Source of the DNA: a virus
Length of the DNA: 64,000 bases
Direction: 5' to 3' (one strand)
IMG/VR virus record: IMGVR_UViG_3300042502_001732
Location: 79,933 to 143,932 of that record
A model generated the notes under the pieces. It saw only the letters and a list, made by a program, of their open reading frames with translations. It ran no database searches and was not told the origin of the DNA. Below, one piece after another: positions 61,110-64,000 of this stretch. How positions within the stretch are numbered: position 1 is the first letter of the stretch; every line of letters starts with the position of its first letter. The position numbers and the translations under genes are program-made.

Positions 61110-63212
61110 TTATGATATTTGTAAACCAGCTGGTTTTACTAAAGTACTAAATGCATTATTTGGAGAAGTTAATTGACCAGTTGCTTTTATAATAAATGCT
61201 GCTGTTGTTGAGGCTGGTACACTAACACCAATTGTACCACCAAAGTTATTACCATATAAAACTATTTCAGGCCAGACAAGTAAATATCTATTGGTAGCTA
61301 CTTGTCTGCCACTAATTGAAAATTTTGGAATGGTATATGTAACTGGTCCTAATGGTAATACAGGATTTGTAATTCCGGCTGCAACTGCACTAAAAGCGAC
61401 AGGCGAATTGACGCGTGCTGTCGGCGAATCTGACCATTGCGCGTTAATGTAAATAAACAAATTAGTAGCACTGGCCAAATTTGTTACATTTGAGTAATCA
61501 TATCTAACTGATAGATTATATATGTCTACACTTGTAACATTCATAACGCTTGAAACGTTAGCCAAAGAATCCCATACAAGATGTATATTATATGGGTGCG
61601 TAAATACGCCATTTGTACGACCAATAGGATTATACGTTGTAGTATTTAATCCACCCACATAATTAATATCTTGCGTAGCAACTACAACAGAAGTTGAAGG
61701 CACCTGTTTAATTACTAAAGAACCGTTTGATATTCCTAAAGTATCATCATCTACTTTAACACCCAAATTGCCCTGTGAGTCAACTGCAAATGCACCACTA
61801 CTATTATATTTGATATAGTTACCAGCAATTATACCGTCACGTGCAACTAATTTACTAACTACAACAGTACCAGACACTGAATCTAAATAATAACCAGCTG
61901 TGCCAACGTTTATAGTACGTACTCCAGTATCTGGGTTTGTAAGTATTTGCCCATTAAAATTATCACTTTGTATATTTTTAGTCAACACAAAATCTGTTAC
62001 CAAATTGCTAGCAGCAATTATATTTGATGCTAGCATACTATTAGATGCGATAGCACCAGCAGCAATTTTACCCGCCGTAATAGCTCCAGCATCAATTGTA
62101 ACAGCAGTAATAGCATTGGCAGCAATCTTACCTGCAGTAATGGCATCAGCTGCAATAGCATTGGCAGTAATAGCATTGGCAGCAATTTTACCTGCAGTAA
62201 TGGCATCAGCTGCAATAGCATTGGCAGTAATGGCATTAGCTGCAATAGCATTGGCAGTAATGGCATTAGCTGCTATTTTATCAGCAATAATAGCATTAGC
62301 TGCAATTCTATCAGCAGTAATAGTTTCTGCGGCAATTTTATCAGCAGTAATAGTTCCAGCAGCAATCTTACCAGCAGTAATAGCTCCAGCAGCAATCTTT
62401 TCAGCAATAATAGCATTAACTGCAATCATGTCTGCAGTAATAGAACCAGCACTTATTGATATTGCTGAAAATACATCAGCTGCTATTTTATCAGCAGTAA
62501 TGGCATTGGCAGCAATAGCATTGGCAGTAATAGCTCCAGCAGCAATCTTACCAGCAGTAATAGCATTAGCTGCTATTTTATCAGCAGTAATGGCATTAGC
62601 TGCTATTTTATCAGCAGTAATGGCATTAGCTGCAATAGCATTGGCAGTAATGGCATCAGCTGCTATTTTAGCAGCAGTAATAGCTCCTGCTGCAATAGCA
62701 TTGGCAGTAATGGCATCAGCTGCTATTTTATCAGCAGTAATAGAACCAGCACTTATTGATATTGCTGAAAATACACCTGTTGCAATTTTATCAGCAGTAA
62801 TAGCTCCAGCATCAATCTTTTCAGCAGTAATAGCATTGGCAGCAATCTTTTCAGCAGTAATAGCATTGGCAGCAATCTTACCAGCAGTAATGGCATTGGC
62901 AGCAATCTTTTCAGCAATAATAGCATTAGGTGCTATTTTATCAGCAGTAATAGAACCAGCACTTATTGATATTGCTGATAATACACCTGTTGCTATTTTA
63001 TCAGCTGTAATAGCTCCTGCTGCAATTTTATCTGCAGTAATAATATTAGCAGACAATGCGTTTGTTATTGCACTATCTATAAATTGTTTGGCAGTTATTC
63101 TTTTATTTGTACCAGAATCTGACATACTCCTATCACTTGTATCTACTACTTGAATTAAGTAATTTGATGCAAGTCCGGTCAATAATGGGTCTAATTGGGA
63201 AGTCTTTGCCAT
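61110..63212 (-). CDS. Tail-fibre/virion protein with AITADKIAAN-type repeats
   Basis: Long run of 10-aa repeats; beta-rich C-terminus; TATAAATA at 63219-63226. Confidence 0.75.
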   Translation of the reverse strand: MAKTSQLDPLLTGLASNYLIQVVDTSDRSMSDSGTNKRITAKQFIDSAITNALSANIITADKIAAGAITADKIATGVLSAISISAGSITADKIAPNAIIAEKIAANAITAGKIAANAITAEKIAANAITAEKIDAGAITADKIATGVFSAISISAGSITADKIAADAITANAIAAGAITAAKIAADAITANAIAANAITADKIAANAITADKIAANAITAGKIAAGAITANAIAANAITADKIAADVFSAISISAGSITADMIAVNAIIAEKIAAGAITAGKIAAGTITADKIAAETITADRIAANAIIADKIAANAITANAIAANAITANAIAADAITAGKIAANAITANAIAADAITAGKIAANAITAVTIDAGAITAGKIAAGAIASNSMLASNIIAASNLVTDFVLTKNIQSDNFNGQILTNPDTGVRTINVGTAGYYLDSVSGTVVVSKLVARDGIIAGNYIKYNSSGAFAVDSQGNLGVKVDDDTLGISNGSLVIKQVPSTSVVVATQDINYVGGLNTTTYNPIGRTNGVFTHPYNIHLVWDSLANVSSVMNVTSVDIYNLSVRYDYSNVTNLASATNLFIYINAQWSDSPTARVNSPVAFSAVAAGITNPVLPLGPVTYTIPKFSISGRQVATNRYLLVWPEIVLYGNNFGGTIGVSVPASTTAAFIIKATGQLTSPNNAFSTLVKPAGLQIS

Positions 63213-63221
63213 ATAGTCTAT

Positions 63222-63833
63222 TTATACTTTTTTCTTCTTCTCTTCAGCGCGTATGCGACTCTGTATCTTTTTGCCGCGCTTTTCCAAACGATCAAGTACC
63301 TGATGTGCGTCCATCCAGATGTCTTTGTCTTCAAGCATCTCTTTAATCTCGCCTTCGGTAAGAAAGTCTGAATACATATCTTTGAAAAGATTTGCACTCC
63401 AGTTGCGTTCATGAACCATGCCATGATACATCTCACCGCCTTTGCCAGCAGTGCCAGCACTATAGTTATGAAATAGGAACATGCTATGATCTGTAATCAT
63501 ATACTCATCGGCCATCAAAAAGATCAGAGTTGCAGCACTCATGCATGCCCCTTCAACACTTACCATAATATGGGCTTCAGTTTCAGAGAGTGCCTGCATA
63601 AATTGAATGGTAGTAAACAGGTTACCTCCTGGGCAATTGATATGAATCTTTACTACATCGGATGGACGACTATTGCGTATATCATGAAACCATTGTATAT
63701 AGTCACTTGCATCACCAATCTCTTCAGAAAGATAATACTCTTTGACTGCACCATAGTCGCTCGTAAAGCAATCATTTGCGCCGCCTTTTAGTAGATCCAG
63801 TAAGCCCTTATTTTGTATGTTGTGTTTATGCAT
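63222..63833 (-). CDS. ClpP-like peptidase
   Basis: IHINCPGG, GACMSAATLIF, MFLFH, DIWM; start probably MHKHN. Confidence 0.82.
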   Translation of the reverse strand: MHKHNIQNKGLLDLLKGGANDCFTSDYGAVKEYYLSEEIGDASDYIQWFHDIRNSRPSDVVKIHINCPGGNLFTTIQFMQALSETEAHIMVSVEGACMSAATLIFLMADEYMITDHSMFLFHNYSAGTAGKGGEMYHGMVHERNWSANLFKDMYSDFLTEGEIKEMLEDKDIWMDAHQVLDRLEKRGKKIQSRIRAEEKKKKV

Positions 63834-63999
63834 GTCCAAATAGTTTTTTGGTATTATATTCATTTATAGTCTTAAAAAGTTCATCCGTCCAACAATCTCG
63901 TTTTTGCACAAAAACCAGTGGTTGCGAACTGTTTTCTACAGCCATAACGATTACTCCTTGACTTACTGGTGTGCCTGTACGCTCTTCACACATAATAGC
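63826..63999 (-). CDS. C-terminus of a probable PD-(D/E)xK exonuclease (runs off window)
   Basis: AIMCEERTGTPVSQGVIVMAVE..PLVFV resembles T4-like phage exonuclease C-termini. Confidence 0.5.
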   Translation of the reverse strand, partial: AIMCEERTGTPVSQGVIVMAVENSSQPLVFVQKRDCWTDELFKTINEYNTKKLFGHA

Positions 64000-64000
64000 A

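Noticed and set aside
61900-63153. 417-aa plus-strand ORF
   Set aside because: Antisense shadow of the repeat-rich fibre gene

Overview
64 kb segment of a large T4-like (myovirus-type) phage genome. Evidence: TATAAATA late promoters, sigma70-like early promoter repeats, DNA ligase, PhoH, guaC, uvsE, SF1 helicase, an amidase/holin/spanin lysis cassette, a ClpP-like protease, a repeat-rich fibre protein, a tmRNA and 22 recognisable tRNA genes. About 6.5-40 kb is an accessory region of short minus-strand genes, many under repeated promoter motifs, with several duplicated gene modules. Top candidate system: endonuclease-plus-replacement-tRNA cassettes. At three sites a resident tRNA gene is cut off at the anticodon (position 33/34). 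It is followed by a TATAAATA promoter, a free-standing homing-type endonuclease and an intact, divergent tRNA that is compatible with the same anticodon. At one site the matching 3' remnant of the destroyed tRNA survives on the far side of the cassette. Other highlights: a 207-nt group I intron in a tRNA(CAU) next to a free-standing HNH gene; two homologous tRNA-like ncRNAs (10.6 and 60.3 kb); an ncRNA array with a repeated spacer; a recurrent mini-pseudoknot; two paralogous outer-membrane beta-barrel genes; and protein families sharing N-terminal leaders resembling capsid-targeting sequences. Promoter and leader grammar changes at about 24.4-25.8 kb, so a recombinant genome or a chimeric assembly is possible. 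All calls were made by eye from motifs; no searches were run.
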